The notes beneath the pieces are model-generated. The model saw nothing but the letters and a program-made list of their open reading frames with translations. It was not told where the DNA came from and ran no database searches. A stretch of 28,867 nucleotides of DNA from the IMG/VR virus record IMGVR_UViG_3300032312_001249, positions 1 to 28,867 of that record, one strand, 5' to 3'. Source of the DNA: a virus (lineage: Duplodnaviria; Caudoviricetes). The position numbers and the translations under genes are program-made. Each line of letters begins with the position of its first letter. The stretch's first letter is position 1. Shown here in pieces: positions 16,697 through 25,857 of the stretch.

Positions 16697-17002
16697 ATGG
16701 AAGACAGAAAATTAATAAAATGGCTATTCGTGCTATTGTTACTGCCACTATGCCTAGCATATTTCAGTGGTGATAGATATAGATACCCGTGCCAAGACCC
16801 AGAAAATTGGGATAAGCAGATATGTAAGTTGCCAACTTGTGATGTAACTCGCACATGCCCCCAGCATATCTTTAAAGGTCAACGTGACCCTAGATTAGGA
16901 CCACCAAAAGATGAACCAACTCAAACAATTACTCAACCAACTACGCCGTCTTTGGCAGCATGCCAAGCAGCGCCTACACAAGGAGCAAACTGTGGAAAAT
17001 AA
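16697..17002 (+). CDS. Membrane-anchored Cys-rich small protein
   Basis: AAAGGAG RBS; TM segment then YRYPCQDPENW..C..P.C....CP; upstream GTTAAATACAG (16653-63). Confidence 0.8.
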   Translation: MEDRKLIKWLFVLLLLPLCLAYFSGDRYRYPCQDPENWDKQICKLPTCDVTRTCPQHIFKGQRDPRLGPPKDEPTQTITQPTTPSLAACQAAPTQGANCGK

Positions 17003-17507
17003 TAACATACCAGCACTATACACCGAAGAGCAGTTAATGGCTCGACTAAAATTCTTTATCGGCATTTGTCTATCATTGACATTGTTCGGTATTGTGTTTG
17101 TTGTGCTTTACTCACTAATTTTTGTAACACAACCATTAAACGCCATCAGTCCAATTGATCAAAAGTTCTTTGAATTGATCATTCCTATTGCTACATTCTT
17201 AACAGGTACACTCAGCGGTATTATGCTAGCGGGCAATGACAAGGATCTAAGAGCCAAAGCTCTTGACGCAGCTAACAAAGCACCTACAGTATCACCAGCA
17301 CCAACAACACCTAGTTCATCAGCAGGTGGATTTAGTGCTAGTGCTAATATTGGTGGTGCTAGTTTTGGTTTTAAATCAGCAGCACCGGCCCCGGGAGCAT
17401 TTGGAGCAGCGCCAAGTTTTGGAGCAGCACCAGCAGTAGCAGCACCAACATTTGTATCAGCAACAGGCAAGCCAGGACCAATACAGCCCGACGAACCAGA
17501 GCTGTAA
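16992..17507 (+). CDS. Two-TM membrane protein with Ala/Pro/Gly-rich tail
   Basis: AGGAG RBS before GTG 16992; two hydrophobic helices; FGAAP repeats. Confidence 0.8.
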   Translation: MENNNIPALYTEEQLMARLKFFIGICLSLTLFGIVFVVLYSLIFVTQPLNAISPIDQKFFELIIPIATFLTGTLSGIMLAGNDKDLRAKALDAANKAPTVSPAPTTPSSSAGGFSASANIGGASFGFKSAAPAPGAFGAAPSFGAAPAVAAPTFVSATGKPGPIQPDEPEL

Positions 17508-17540
17508 AATAAAAAGCCCGCTTAGACGGGCTTTTTTATT
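17508..17540. terminator. Bidirectional intrinsic terminator between convergent genes
   Basis: AATAAAAAGCCCG-cttaga-CGGGCTTTTTTATT. Confidence 0.88.
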
Positions 17541-18366
17541 ATCTATTATTCATTCGAAACATCGACAGCATATTTTTTTTCTTTATTTGAGCACTGCGTT
17601 GTTGAACCTTTAGCAAATCTAGTTCCTTTTCAACAAAAGCAGGATCGTTGATAGATTCGCTCGTCAATATACCAAGTTCAAATCCTGTTGTTAGATCTAA
17701 TTCTTGATCTGTGGTAAACGCATTATATGTTTTTTCCAACATAATCTCATGATTTCTCAAACACATATGATTGTATCTAGGATCAATGCCCTGTATTAAT
17801 TTGTTGTAAACATCGTCAGCATGGCCGCCCGGCACTTCGGGAGTTGCTATATTTTCTGTTAGACTGCCTTTTGAATATTTGATATTTGTAAATTCTTTGT
17901 AGCCAGGAACAAGTTGATCAAAACCAAATATCACCAACGGGTTTCTTAATTTTTTATTTTGAACAACAGCCGATAACCAACCCAAACGCTGTAATGCCGC
18001 AGCACTATCCAACTGCTGAGTTTGAACGTAGCGTTCCCACAGTTCGGCTGTCTTGGCTATGTTTTCATCGATGTGAGCAGCATCTTGTAGAAACTCAACT
18101 TTTCCTAGGGTAGGGTCGTTGATAGCCCACCAGCGTCTTGATGGGTGTGTGGCTACGATTAGCAAGTAGTCATCTGGGGTTATTTGATCCATTTGAACTA
18201 GTAGCATATACCAAGCATACTCTTGAGCCGACCCAATCATACTCCAGTTTGTAAATCCTTTGCACTGAAGTTTTTGGGCAAGACGGTACCACCAAGTTTT
18301 TTCTTGGTCTCTTCCTTGTTTTTCAGCAGAGGAAAAACTATCCCCAACAATGTATAATTTAGACAT
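17539..18366 (-). CDS. SGNH-like hypothetical protein
   Basis: LYIVGDSFS near the N-terminus and D-x3-NH (DPRYNH). Start 18366 or 18381. Confidence 0.65.
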   Translation of the reverse strand: MSKLYIVGDSFSSAEKQGRDQEKTWWYRLAQKLQCKGFTNWSMIGSAQEYAWYMLLVQMDQITPDDYLLIVATHPSRRWWAINDPTLGKVEFLQDAAHIDENIAKTAELWERYVQTQQLDSAAALQRLGWLSAVVQNKKLRNPLVIFGFDQLVPGYKEFTNIKYSKGSLTENIATPEVPGGHADDVYNKLIQGIDPRYNHMCLRNHEIMLEKTYNAFTTDQELDLTTGFELGILTSESINDPAFVEKELDLLKVQQRSAQIKKKNMLSMFRMNNR

Positions 18367-18406
18367 ACTAGTAATTATCATAGGTTAAATACAGTATGAA
18401 CATTTT

Positions 18407-19063
18407 ATGGCAACTGCGATGATCAAAGGCACTATAGCTATATTTGTACACCATCCGTTATGTGCCGTTGATTCAACCAACGGCATTATAGAAGCACTGT
18501 CACCCCACTATCGATTTAAAATATTCACCAAACACGAAGTAGAAGATACTTTCTTCGACGATGTAGATATTGTGTGTTTCCCTGGCGGGCTAGGTGATAG
18601 TGATGATTTTGATACAGTAATGATTAAACATGCCGATATCATACGTAATTTTGTTAAAAACGGTGGTATATATTTAGGTATTTGTCTCGGTGCTTATTGG
18701 GCCGATGAATATTACTTTGACATCCTTGAAAAAGATACACGGGCTGTACAATATATCACACGCCCTAACGCTGATACGAAACGACCTCACGCAAAAGGTA
18801 TGCCAGTTAATTGGCAAGGGCAATTGGAAAACATGTATTTCTATGACGGCTGTGCTATCACTGGCAATAATATGAATGTTGTGGCCACTTATAGCAACGG
18901 CGATGCTATGGCGGTTATACAAGGGAAAATTGGCTTAATTGGCTGTCATCCTGAGAGTACACGAGTTTGGTACGATTATCATTCTTGGATGCCTAAACAC
19001 TGGCACCATGGTAGACATCACAAACTTCTACTAGATTTTGTTAACCAACTGATCGAAGTTTAG
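18407..19063 (+). CDS. Class I glutamine amidotransferase-like protein (BPL_N type)
   Basis: FPGG, GG.YLGICLGAY (nucleophile elbow), GCHPE; upstream GTTAAATACAGTA (18384-96). Confidence 0.85.
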   Translation: MATAMIKGTIAIFVHHPLCAVDSTNGIIEALSPHYRFKIFTKHEVEDTFFDDVDIVCFPGGLGDSDDFDTVMIKHADIIRNFVKNGGIYLGICLGAYWADEYYFDILEKDTRAVQYITRPNADTKRPHAKGMPVNWQGQLENMYFYDGCAITGNNMNVVATYSNGDAMAVIQGKIGLIGCHPESTRVWYDYHSWMPKHWHHGRHHKLLLDFVNQLIEV

Positions 19064-19754
19064 CAAGGCCAACTAATTCAAATAGTTTAAACCACATCCA
19101 GCCTAGGTCAAACTCAAACCAACGACGGCTTAGTTTAGGATTAGCAGGATCTAGGTGATGATTATTGTGTAGTTCTTCACCACCAATTAAGATACCCCAC
19201 GGGCTTACGTTGCGTGAATGGTCTTTGGTTTCACCATTACGATACCCCCACCAATGTCCTACACCGTTGATGAAACCAGCGGCCCAGAACGGAATCCATA
19301 TCATTTGTACACCCCACACTACGAATCCCCAAGGCCCAAATAACAATAGGTCTATGACCAGCATTAAGAGAATGCCCAGGTGGCTATGGGGTGTATAAAG
19401 TTTACGTTCAATCCAATCTTTGGGAGTACCCATTCCATATTTCATGATCATGTCAGCGTCTTTGCCGGCACGATTATAAAACTTGACTCCGCCAAAAACC
19501 ATTGACCAAATTCCGAATATGTGCGGACTATGTGGATCACCTTCCACGTCTGTGTTTTGGTGATGCTTGCGATGTATAGCCACCCACTGTTTGGTAGTCA
19601 TTCCTGTAGTCAGCCATAACCAAAAACGCATGAAATGGCTTAGGATTGGGTGAAATTCTAGTCCTCTGTGTGCTTGGCTTCTATGTAGGTATAGTGTAAC
19701 ACACACTATGGTGATGTGCGTCATCACTAACGTTGCTATGATTGTATTCATCAA
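19041..19754 (-). CDS. Membrane fatty acid (delta-9-type) desaturase
   Basis: His boxes HRSQAH, HRKHH, HNNHH; GDPHSP, NGVGHWWGYRN, EFDLGW. Confidence 0.93.
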   Translation of the reverse strand: MMNTIIATLVMTHITIVCVTLYLHRSQAHRGLEFHPILSHFMRFWLWLTTGMTTKQWVAIHRKHHQNTDVEGDPHSPHIFGIWSMVFGGVKFYNRAGKDADMIMKYGMGTPKDWIERKLYTPHSHLGILLMLVIDLLLFGPWGFVVWGVQMIWIPFWAAGFINGVGHWWGYRNGETKDHSRNVSPWGILIGGEELHNNHHLDPANPKLSRRWFEFDLGWMWFKLFELVGLAKLRSVG

Positions 19755-19776
19755 ATATTTATCTGAATTCTTCTAC

Positions 19777-19805
19777 TTGACAGAATAATAAACAGAGTAT
19801 ATAAT
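19777..19805 (+). promoter_or_regulatory. Consensus sigma70 promoter
   Basis: TTGACA (19777-82), 17 nt, TATAAT (19800-05); ATG at 19812 lies at the expected +1 (leaderless mRNA). Confidence 0.88.
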
Positions 19806-19811
19806 AACAGT

Positions 19812-20618
19812 ATGAAAATACAAATTGTTTCCGATCTACACCTAGAATTCTCAGACATCAACATTCAAAATACCAATAATGCTGATGTGTTGATTCTCGG
19901 CGGCGACATCATGGTTGCTTCAAAGGTGCTGAAGCCCGAAAGCGAATACGGTATCCGTTTTCGTGATTTCTTGAAGCGTGTGAGCTTTCAGTTTCCTCAT
20001 GTGATCTACGTCATGGGCAATCACGAGTTCTACAGCGATGGCCGTTGGTTTGACAGCATTGAAATCATGCGAGCTGCCTGCGGTGTTCACGAAAACATCT
20101 ACATGTTAGAGCGTGATACCAAAGTCATCGATGACGTTGTGTTTGTAGGTGGCACACTTTGGACAGACATGAACAAGTTTGATCCATTAACACTTCACGC
20201 TGTTCGAGACATGATGATGGACTATCGTGCCATCAGCAATGACAAAGCAGGGTACCGCAAACTTAAACCTGCAGATACCTGCGAACGACACAAATTGACC
20301 TTGGACTATATCAAACACGTAGTTGATGAGAACAAGGACAAGCGGTGTGTGGTTGTGGGGCATCACAGTCCTAGTTTTCAAAGCATTGCTGAGCAATATC
20401 GATCAGAACATATTATGAACGGTGCTTATCATAGCAGCCTGGAAGAAGTTATTCTTGATCGTCCTCAGATTCGACTGTGGACACACGGTCACACTCATCA
20501 TCCCTTTGATTATGTCATTGGTGAGACTCGTGTTGTATGTAATCCTCGTGGCTACCATCAGGAACACGGATTTAGTGAAGATACTGGATGGGATCCAGAG
20601 AAAGTAGTCGAAGTATGA
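19812..20618 (+). CDS. Calcineurin-like metallophosphoesterase
   Basis: SDLHLE, GGDI, GNHE, GHHSP, HGHTH, NPRGY. Confidence 0.93.
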   Translation: MKIQIVSDLHLEFSDINIQNTNNADVLILGGDIMVASKVLKPESEYGIRFRDFLKRVSFQFPHVIYVMGNHEFYSDGRWFDSIEIMRAACGVHENIYMLERDTKVIDDVVFVGGTLWTDMNKFDPLTLHAVRDMMMDYRAISNDKAGYRKLKPADTCERHKLTLDYIKHVVDENKDKRCVVVGHHSPSFQSIAEQYRSEHIMNGAYHSSLEEVILDRPQIRLWTHGHTHHPFDYVIGETRVVCNPRGYHQEHGFSEDTGWDPEKVVEV

Positions 20619-21010
20619 ATATAACAGTTTATAGTCGGAATCGATTGTACAAAACATTCACTAAATGGGATGTACCCCGTGATTTTGCTGATCCTATGGC
20701 TAATTATTTGGTCTATGGCTACGAACCTGGCGGATTCTTTACTTCAGTTTTGGCCAATGACTTTCACGGTGCTATTGCCCGCAGTCATCCTGCCAACACC
20801 ATAGAAGCACTGAAACAGCTAGGCGGATGGATTCTTGACAGCATGCCACGTGAGGCACACGGCAGCTACGATGTTGTAGCAGATTGGGTCAGTTACAGTC
20901 CTACAGAACGCAGATCGATCCTAGAAAGATATGATTTAATTTTTCCAGAGCAAGAAGAAATAATGATGACTCTTCGCAACGAATCTACGACCGAACCAGT
21001 ATTGTATTAA
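20615..21010 (+). CDS. Hypothetical phage protein
   Basis: ATGA overlap; G.EPGGF..VLAND...A motif. Confidence 0.75.
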   Translation: MNITVYSRNRLYKTFTKWDVPRDFADPMANYLVYGYEPGGFFTSVLANDFHGAIARSHPANTIEALKQLGGWILDSMPREAHGSYDVVADWVSYSPTERRSILERYDLIFPEQEEIMMTLRNESTTEPVLY

Positions 21011-21011
21011 T

Positions 21012-21476
21012 ATGAAAACACTATTCTATAAAAAAGTTGGTCGCAAGTATGAACCTGTAGCCGAGTACGACAACGACTGGATGGATTCTTTTCCTAAAGG
21101 ATCTCATCTTGTAACATGTCAGCCAGGAGTAACTTCACGAAGATTTAACATTGATCCTGCGTTTGCTCCAATGATTGCTGCGGGCATTTACGGCGAAGAT
21201 GCTGTATCGAAGGCCATTATGAAAGCCACAGAGATGCGTCCATCATCAGTCAAGTGGACTGATAAAGAGCTATCGGCTTTTCAAGATTTTCTAAAAGTGC
21301 TAGGGGACGATCAGCGATTTATGGTTTCATACAGTTCGGCTCGTGATGCTGCCGAAGCGGGTGTAAAAGCCATGCAACAAGAAGCAGATAAATTTTTAAA
21401 ACACGAAAGTGTTCGTAAGTCCTATGAACACTTTCTATTGATGTGTCGACTAGTAAAGGAGCAAGAGCGTGATTAA
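21012..21476 (+). CDS. Hypothetical protein
   Basis: 154-aa ORF, tight operon packing. Confidence 0.75.
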   Translation: MKTLFYKKVGRKYEPVAEYDNDWMDSFPKGSHLVTCQPGVTSRRFNIDPAFAPMIAAGIYGEDAVSKAIMKATEMRPSSVKWTDKELSAFQDFLKVLGDDQRFMVSYSSARDAAEAGVKAMQQEADKFLKHESVRKSYEHFLLMCRLVKEQERD

Positions 21477-21735
21477 AGATGTTATGACTTTCATCCAGTG
21501 GCAGTGGAACAAGTTTGAGTTTTGGCAGAAATGTTTTATTTTCAGCAGTTCCTTTTTTGGAGCAGCAGTGGTAAGTGAACCGCCTTATGTATTCTACTTT
21601 ATGCTGGTGCCGATCGTTGTAGTATTTGGTTTTATGACCAAGTGGTTTGTAATTGATCCGATAAAAACATCATGGAATAAATTTCAAACAGAAAAAACTC
21701 AGTTGTTTACTACAATTAAAGAAAGTGAAAAATAA
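21469..21735 (+). CDS. Small membrane protein
   Basis: AAAGGAG RBS, GTG start, two hydrophobic segments. Confidence 0.7.
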   Translation: MIKDVMTFIQWQWNKFEFWQKCFIFSSSFFGAAVVSEPPYVFYFMLVPIVVVFGFMTKWFVIDPIKTSWNKFQTEKTQLFTTIKESEK

Positions 21736-22403
21736 TGGGATCAATTCTTGAAGACTTTTTTATGTCTGCTACATCAGAACCAGTATCGTCAAATTCTGGT
21801 AAAGCTGTAGACATTGTAGAGTTTCCCACTGTTCACAAAGATGACAGCGAACCTCTGACTCTTATTTGGCCCGATATTGAAAGCGGTCCTTGGATTGCTG
21901 GAGGTGCTTGCCTACGGTGGTATCAAGGTCAGCCTGTAGGAGACAGCGATATTGATGTGTTCTGTGCCAACGCAAAACAGGCTGCTGATGTTATTGAAAA
22001 TATCAAAAGTTACGGACGCTACTCTGTTAAATTTGAAAGTGAAAATGCTGTGACTCTGAGTTATCACAGCAAAGACGATTGGACGAAAAGTTGGACCATC
22101 CAAATCATCACTCGTAGATACTTTGGTAGTTTAGAAGAAGTTATCAGCAACTTTGATATTTCAGTGTGTGAAGTAGGCACTGCTGGCAATCAATGGCAAC
22201 TAGGACAGTTTACTGGTCGTGATATCCGTGAACGAAATCTTAGATTTAAAATGCCCCTACAGCCAGACGCTATGAAACGTTTGACCAAATATTGGGCCTA
22301 CGGATATCGTCCAGTTGAAGGCACTATTGCTGCTATTCAAAATAATCCCAATGCCAAATGGCAATTTGGAGCAGAAACAGAGGACTATCAAAATGCGTTC
22401 TGA
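21735..22403 (+). CDS. Pol-beta superfamily nucleotidyltransferase (CCA/poly(A) polymerase head-like)
   Basis: WIAGGACLR...DSDIDVF (hG[GS]-x-DhD); FDISVC. Confidence 0.75.
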   Translation: MGSILEDFFMSATSEPVSSNSGKAVDIVEFPTVHKDDSEPLTLIWPDIESGPWIAGGACLRWYQGQPVGDSDIDVFCANAKQAADVIENIKSYGRYSVKFESENAVTLSYHSKDDWTKSWTIQIITRRYFGSLEEVISNFDISVCEVGTAGNQWQLGQFTGRDIRERNLRFKMPLQPDAMKRLTKYWAYGYRPVEGTIAAIQNNPNAKWQFGAETEDYQNAF

Positions 22404-22767
22404 ACATAGTTGGAGTTTGTTAGATCCTAAACCTGTAATGTTATATCTAGACACAGTAGATGAATATATTGTCTATTGGAATGGTATTGTTATGCCCCAT
22501 ACCATTGCCCTGTGTCTGGCCATGGAACATTTTGGTGTTTGGGCTACTCCCGAAATGAAAACATCTATGGAAAATACCTATCAAAGAATTTACTATGCCG
22601 GCGGTTTTAATACACGAGCATGGGATCTTAAAGTGGCTAGTAGTCCGGTATATCCCTATCTAAAAAGGATCATGACTGATCACCTTAAAAAAGTCATCGA
22701 AGGTCGCGAAGCAAAAGACGTGTTAGGTTGGTTTGATTATTCACGAGCAAGAAAGGAATGTATATGA
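22393..22767 (+). CDS. Hypothetical protein
   Basis: GAGGA RBS before ATG 22393. Confidence 0.7.
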   Translation: MRSEHSWSLLDPKPVMLYLDTVDEYIVYWNGIVMPHTIALCLAMEHFGVWATPEMKTSMENTYQRIYYAGGFNTRAWDLKVASSPVYPYLKRIMTDHLKKVIEGREAKDVLGWFDYSRARKECI

Positions 22768-23000
22768 ACATGGATCAAGCTGCTGTTTGGTTGGCAGGAT
22801 GTATTTTAATCTCCCTAGGAGTCGTTGTTTTGGTCGTGGCCGCGATTGTGATCAATCAAATCTTACACAAATATTGGAAACCGGTGCGTATTTTTACACC
22901 AGAAAGCTGGAACATTAATCCTCCAATTAGATATGCCACACCCGAAGAAATGGAAAAACTTACTACCAAGCTGGATGAAAAAGATGTCCAAAAAAAATGA
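22764..23000 (+). CDS. Small single-TM protein
   Basis: AAAGGA RBS, ATGA overlap, one TM helix. Confidence 0.7.
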   Translation: MNMDQAAVWLAGCILISLGVVVLVVAAIVINQILHKYWKPVRIFTPESWNINPPIRYATPEEMEKLTTKLDEKDVQKK

Positions 23001-23017
23001 AATTAGTGTGACTGTTT

Positions 23018-23046
23018 TTGACACAAACAATTAATGGTGTTATAAT
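23018..23046 (+). promoter_or_regulatory. Consensus sigma70 promoter with extended -10
   Basis: TTGACA (23018-23), 17 nt, TGtTATAAT (23041-46). Confidence 0.9.
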
Positions 23047-23075
23047 ACACATACAATTAAACTTTTAGGAATCCT

Positions 23076-23240
23076 ATGACCTTGTTAATGTTAGTTCTCG
23101 GAGTTGCTAGTATTTTCTCTTCTGGAGTACTGGCACACATGTACGGTACTAAAAACCGTCGTGAAGACTTTTATGTAAGCATTATAGGATTTTGTTCTGG
23201 TGTGTTTATTCTTATTTCAATGATTGGAACCGTGATATGA
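23076..23240 (+). CDS. 54-aa two-TM protein (not in the ORF track)
   Basis: AGGA RBS; MTLLMLVLGVASIFSSGVLAHMYGTKNRREDFYVSIIGFCSGVFILISMIGTVI; ATGA overlap with the next gene. Confidence 0.7.
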   Translation: MTLLMLVLGVASIFSSGVLAHMYGTKNRREDFYVSIIGFCSGVFILISMIGTVI

Positions 23241-23857
23241 TTACTCTTAAAGAATTTATGGAAATCTGCGATTACAAGATCACAGAAGGCAGCGAATATT
23301 GCTGGCAATGTTTTGGCCCAGACGCTTATCGTTTGGATTCATGGAATCAAGATCATGAAGGCCACAGTGTTAGTATTATATTCGATACTCAAACACAAGA
23401 AGTGTATGAAGTCAGTGCCTACGACTATCGAAACAATCGTGCCTATCGATTGATCAATCCTGACTACAAGGATGCTCATGATAATGAAGCCGATGGTCGG
23501 GAAGTTGATATTAATCAAGCCTGGGACGATGTTGACTATGTTGATCTAGATGTGGACGACGACTTCATCCAAAAGGCCCTTGCCATTGTTAATGAAGAAG
23601 ACTACGACACTCGAGTCAGTTTTCCTGTAAATTTCACAGACGAAGAACTGCTAACCTACATGAAGATAGCACACGAGCGTGACATTACTTTTAACCAATT
23701 GGTTGAGGACGCACTTAGAGCAGCTATCGAAGAACACAAGATGCGTGACGAGTATGATTTCTCTGATGCTGAACATGGACCCGTAGAAGAATCTATAAAA
23801 AAGATTAAAAAGAAAAAGAAAGATAAAAATGACCGAAGCACAAAAGTTTTTAAATGA
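23237..23857 (+). CDS. Acidic hypothetical protein with possible C-terminal ribbon-helix-helix
   Basis: Start at the ATGA overlap; C-terminal AHERDITFNQLVEDALR is RHH-like. Confidence 0.75.
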   Translation: MITLKEFMEICDYKITEGSEYCWQCFGPDAYRLDSWNQDHEGHSVSIIFDTQTQEVYEVSAYDYRNNRAYRLINPDYKDAHDNEADGREVDINQAWDDVDYVDLDVDDDFIQKALAIVNEEDYDTRVSFPVNFTDEELLTYMKIAHERDITFNQLVEDALRAAIEEHKMRDEYDFSDAEHGPVEESIKKIKKKKKDKNDRSTKVFK

Positions 23858-24155
23858 TCTAAAAACTGGTGTTCGCTATGTTGTGATTAATACCTGTTAT
23901 GGTGGCTTCGGGCTAAGTGAACAAGCTATCAGCGAGTATATGAAATTGTCGGGCATCGCTGAACGAGATTTTCATGATCGTGATATTCCTCGCGATGATC
24001 CCTACCTAATAAAAATTATTAAAGAATTGGGTGCGGCTGCTAACGGTACTCACGCCAATTTAAAAATTGTTGAAATACCAGGTGACGTATTATGGCATAT
24101 TGGGGAATATGACGGCAACGAATGGGTAGCCGAAGATCACCGTAGCTGGTCATGA
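23829..24155 (+). CDS. Conserved hypothetical phage protein
   Basis: VINTCYGGFGLS...RDDP.L...LKIVEIP...EYDG.EWV.E.HR.W pattern. Confidence 0.8.
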   Translation: MTEAQKFLNDLKTGVRYVVINTCYGGFGLSEQAISEYMKLSGIAERDFHDRDIPRDDPYLIKIIKELGAAANGTHANLKIVEIPGDVLWHIGEYDGNEWVAEDHRSWS

Positions 24156-24412
24156 AAACTGTAGTACATCACTGGAGATTCAATGATGGAGTAACTCCCA
24201 TTAATCCAGGAAATCCGTTCGGTGAAACTGTTGTGCCACGCAGTTGGTCATGTTGGGTCTATCCTGAAGACAATCAAGAGTTTGAAATTTGGATGACTCG
24301 TATGTGCCCTACAGCAGATTTTACTCCTCGATTTAACAGTGGCGATCCTATGTGGACTGTTAACATCACAGACGATAAAGAAGCAACTGTGTTTCAATTG
24401 AGGTGGATGTGA
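24152..24412 (+). CDS. Small protein, 'DA..F.L(R/K)W' family member 1
   Basis: WMTRMC...ITDDKEATVFQLRW. Confidence 0.75.
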   Translation: MKTVVHHWRFNDGVTPINPGNPFGETVVPRSWSCWVYPEDNQEFEIWMTRMCPTADFTPRFNSGDPMWTVNITDDKEATVFQLRWM

Positions 24413-24413
24413 A

Positions 24414-24659
24414 ATGAAAATAGCCAGCGTTCAAGAAGTTTTGGCAACAAGGGCCAGAGCCATATTTCCCCATAGGATCAACTTTCAAACTATTAGGTAT
24501 GAAACCTTACCCGAAATGAAACAGTGGTGCGAAACTAATTGTAAAGGCATTTGGCGTAACGAACAAGTACACGCAATTTATTTTCAATTCAGTGACGACT
24601 ATGATGCCACAATGTTTATGCTACGTTGGGGCGGAGCAGAAGGTAATCAATTAAAATAA
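24414..24659 (+). CDS. Family member 2
   Basis: WCETNC...FQFSDDYDATMFMLRW. Confidence 0.75.
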   Translation: MKIASVQEVLATRARAIFPHRINFQTIRYETLPEMKQWCETNCKGIWRNEQVHAIYFQFSDDYDATMFMLRWGGAEGNQLK

Positions 24660-24916
24660 TGAATCTAGAAGAAGAAATCCTCAACAACGCAGGCAATGAA
24701 ATGGCTCGCGAAATTGATCGCGAAGTTCTTTGGAGTATGCTAGTCGGCATCGGTTGGACTAGAGTAGTTGTATCAGCAGAAATCGCCATGGTTAACGCCA
24801 CACTGATTAAAGAATGGCTTGAAAGCAACTGTGCTAATCCTTATGAAAAGCATCGAAGTGATTTTATTTTTAAAGATGAGAAAGATGCTGTTAACTTTAT
24901 CTTAAGGTGGAAATGA
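24659..24916 (+). CDS. Family member 3
   Basis: WLESNC...FIFKDEKDAVNFILRW. Confidence 0.75.
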   Translation: MNLEEEILNNAGNEMAREIDREVLWSMLVGIGWTRVVVSAEIAMVNATLIKEWLESNCANPYEKHRSDFIFKDEKDAVNFILRWK

Positions 24917-25149
24917 CCAAAGACGAGTCATTTCCATTTCCTAACGATTGGACACAGGTATTTGTACCCTGGGAACGAATGTTAGAGCAGAGACCCAACT
25001 GTTTAGAAATAAAAAATTGGGTAGAAAATGAATATATCGGACTCGGTAGGTATCAACTACGGGGTCCAGATTGGAATCCAACAGCAGGATTTTTATTTTA
25101 TTTTGAAAACGAACAAGATGCTACAACGTTTATTTTGAAATGGCTATAA
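24913..25149 (+). CDS. Family member 4
   Basis: WVENEY...FYFENEQDATTFILKW; ATGA overlap at 24913. Confidence 0.75.
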   Translation: MTKDESFPFPNDWTQVFVPWERMLEQRPNCLEIKNWVENEYIGLGRYQLRGPDWNPTAGFLFYFENEQDATTFILKWL

Positions 25150-25499
25150 CAAAAACCAAAGGATATCAATTTGAACCTGCTCAAGGTTATCTAGGTCGCG
25201 GATCTAGAAAAGATACATATAGGTATATGATAATCAACGATCGAGTAGAGGAAGTGCGAGAAATAGTAGTACACGAGTTTACCATGGGTGATGTTGAGGA
25301 TCCAGATCTATATGCTGCAGAACCACTTTGGAAATGGCAACAAAGTGAAGAAGGTCAATGGATCATGACTCACGCAGTGGAAACTCCTAGCTGGCATAGA
25401 ATTCCAGATCAACTGCAATATGGATACCAGTTTCAGATACGTGCCAAACTAACGGGGCCAGCATTAACAGAATGGTTATTAAGGCGCAGTGACAAATGA
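25140..25499 (+). CDS. Hypothetical protein, divergent family member
   Basis: MGDVEDPDLYAAEPL..W...WIMTH...TEWLLR. Confidence 0.7.
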   Translation: MAITKTKGYQFEPAQGYLGRGSRKDTYRYMIINDRVEEVREIVVHEFTMGDVEDPDLYAAEPLWKWQQSEEGQWIMTHAVETPSWHRIPDQLQYGYQFQIRAKLTGPALTEWLLRRSDK

Positions 25500-25765
25500 G
25501 TAGTACTCCATACGAAGCAAGAACCAGCACAATGTTTAAAGCAATAAAGGCCGAGCATGATCTCAGAGCTAACGACCGACTAATGGAATTATTAGATTCC
25601 TATCACTGTGTTCTTATTACAAACGATATCGAATATTCAGAAAAACTCACATGGTGTTTGGAGCATTGCCAAAGTAAGTTCAGAGATCTTAGTGATCATA
25701 ATGGCAGGGTTTGGTATTTCCAAAATGAACATGATGCTTCTATGTTTGCCATGCGATGGTCCTAA
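25496..25765 (+). CDS. Family member 5
   Basis: WCLEHC...WYFQNEHDASMFAMRW. Confidence 0.75.
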   Translation: MSSTPYEARTSTMFKAIKAEHDLRANDRLMELLDSYHCVLITNDIEYSEKLTWCLEHCQSKFRDLSDHNGRVWYFQNEHDASMFAMRWS

Positions 25766-25787
25766 AAGCAGTTTACCTCACTAATAA

Positions 25788-25816
25788 TTGACGTAATCGT
25801 CAAGTTGTGTTACAAT
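25788..25816 (+). promoter_or_regulatory. sigma70-type promoter
   Basis: TTGACG (25788-93), 17 nt, TGtTACAAT (25811-16). Confidence 0.8.
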
Positions 25817-25857
25817 AGTATATCATCAACGAAACATTAATTAGTTTGGATAGCTAT

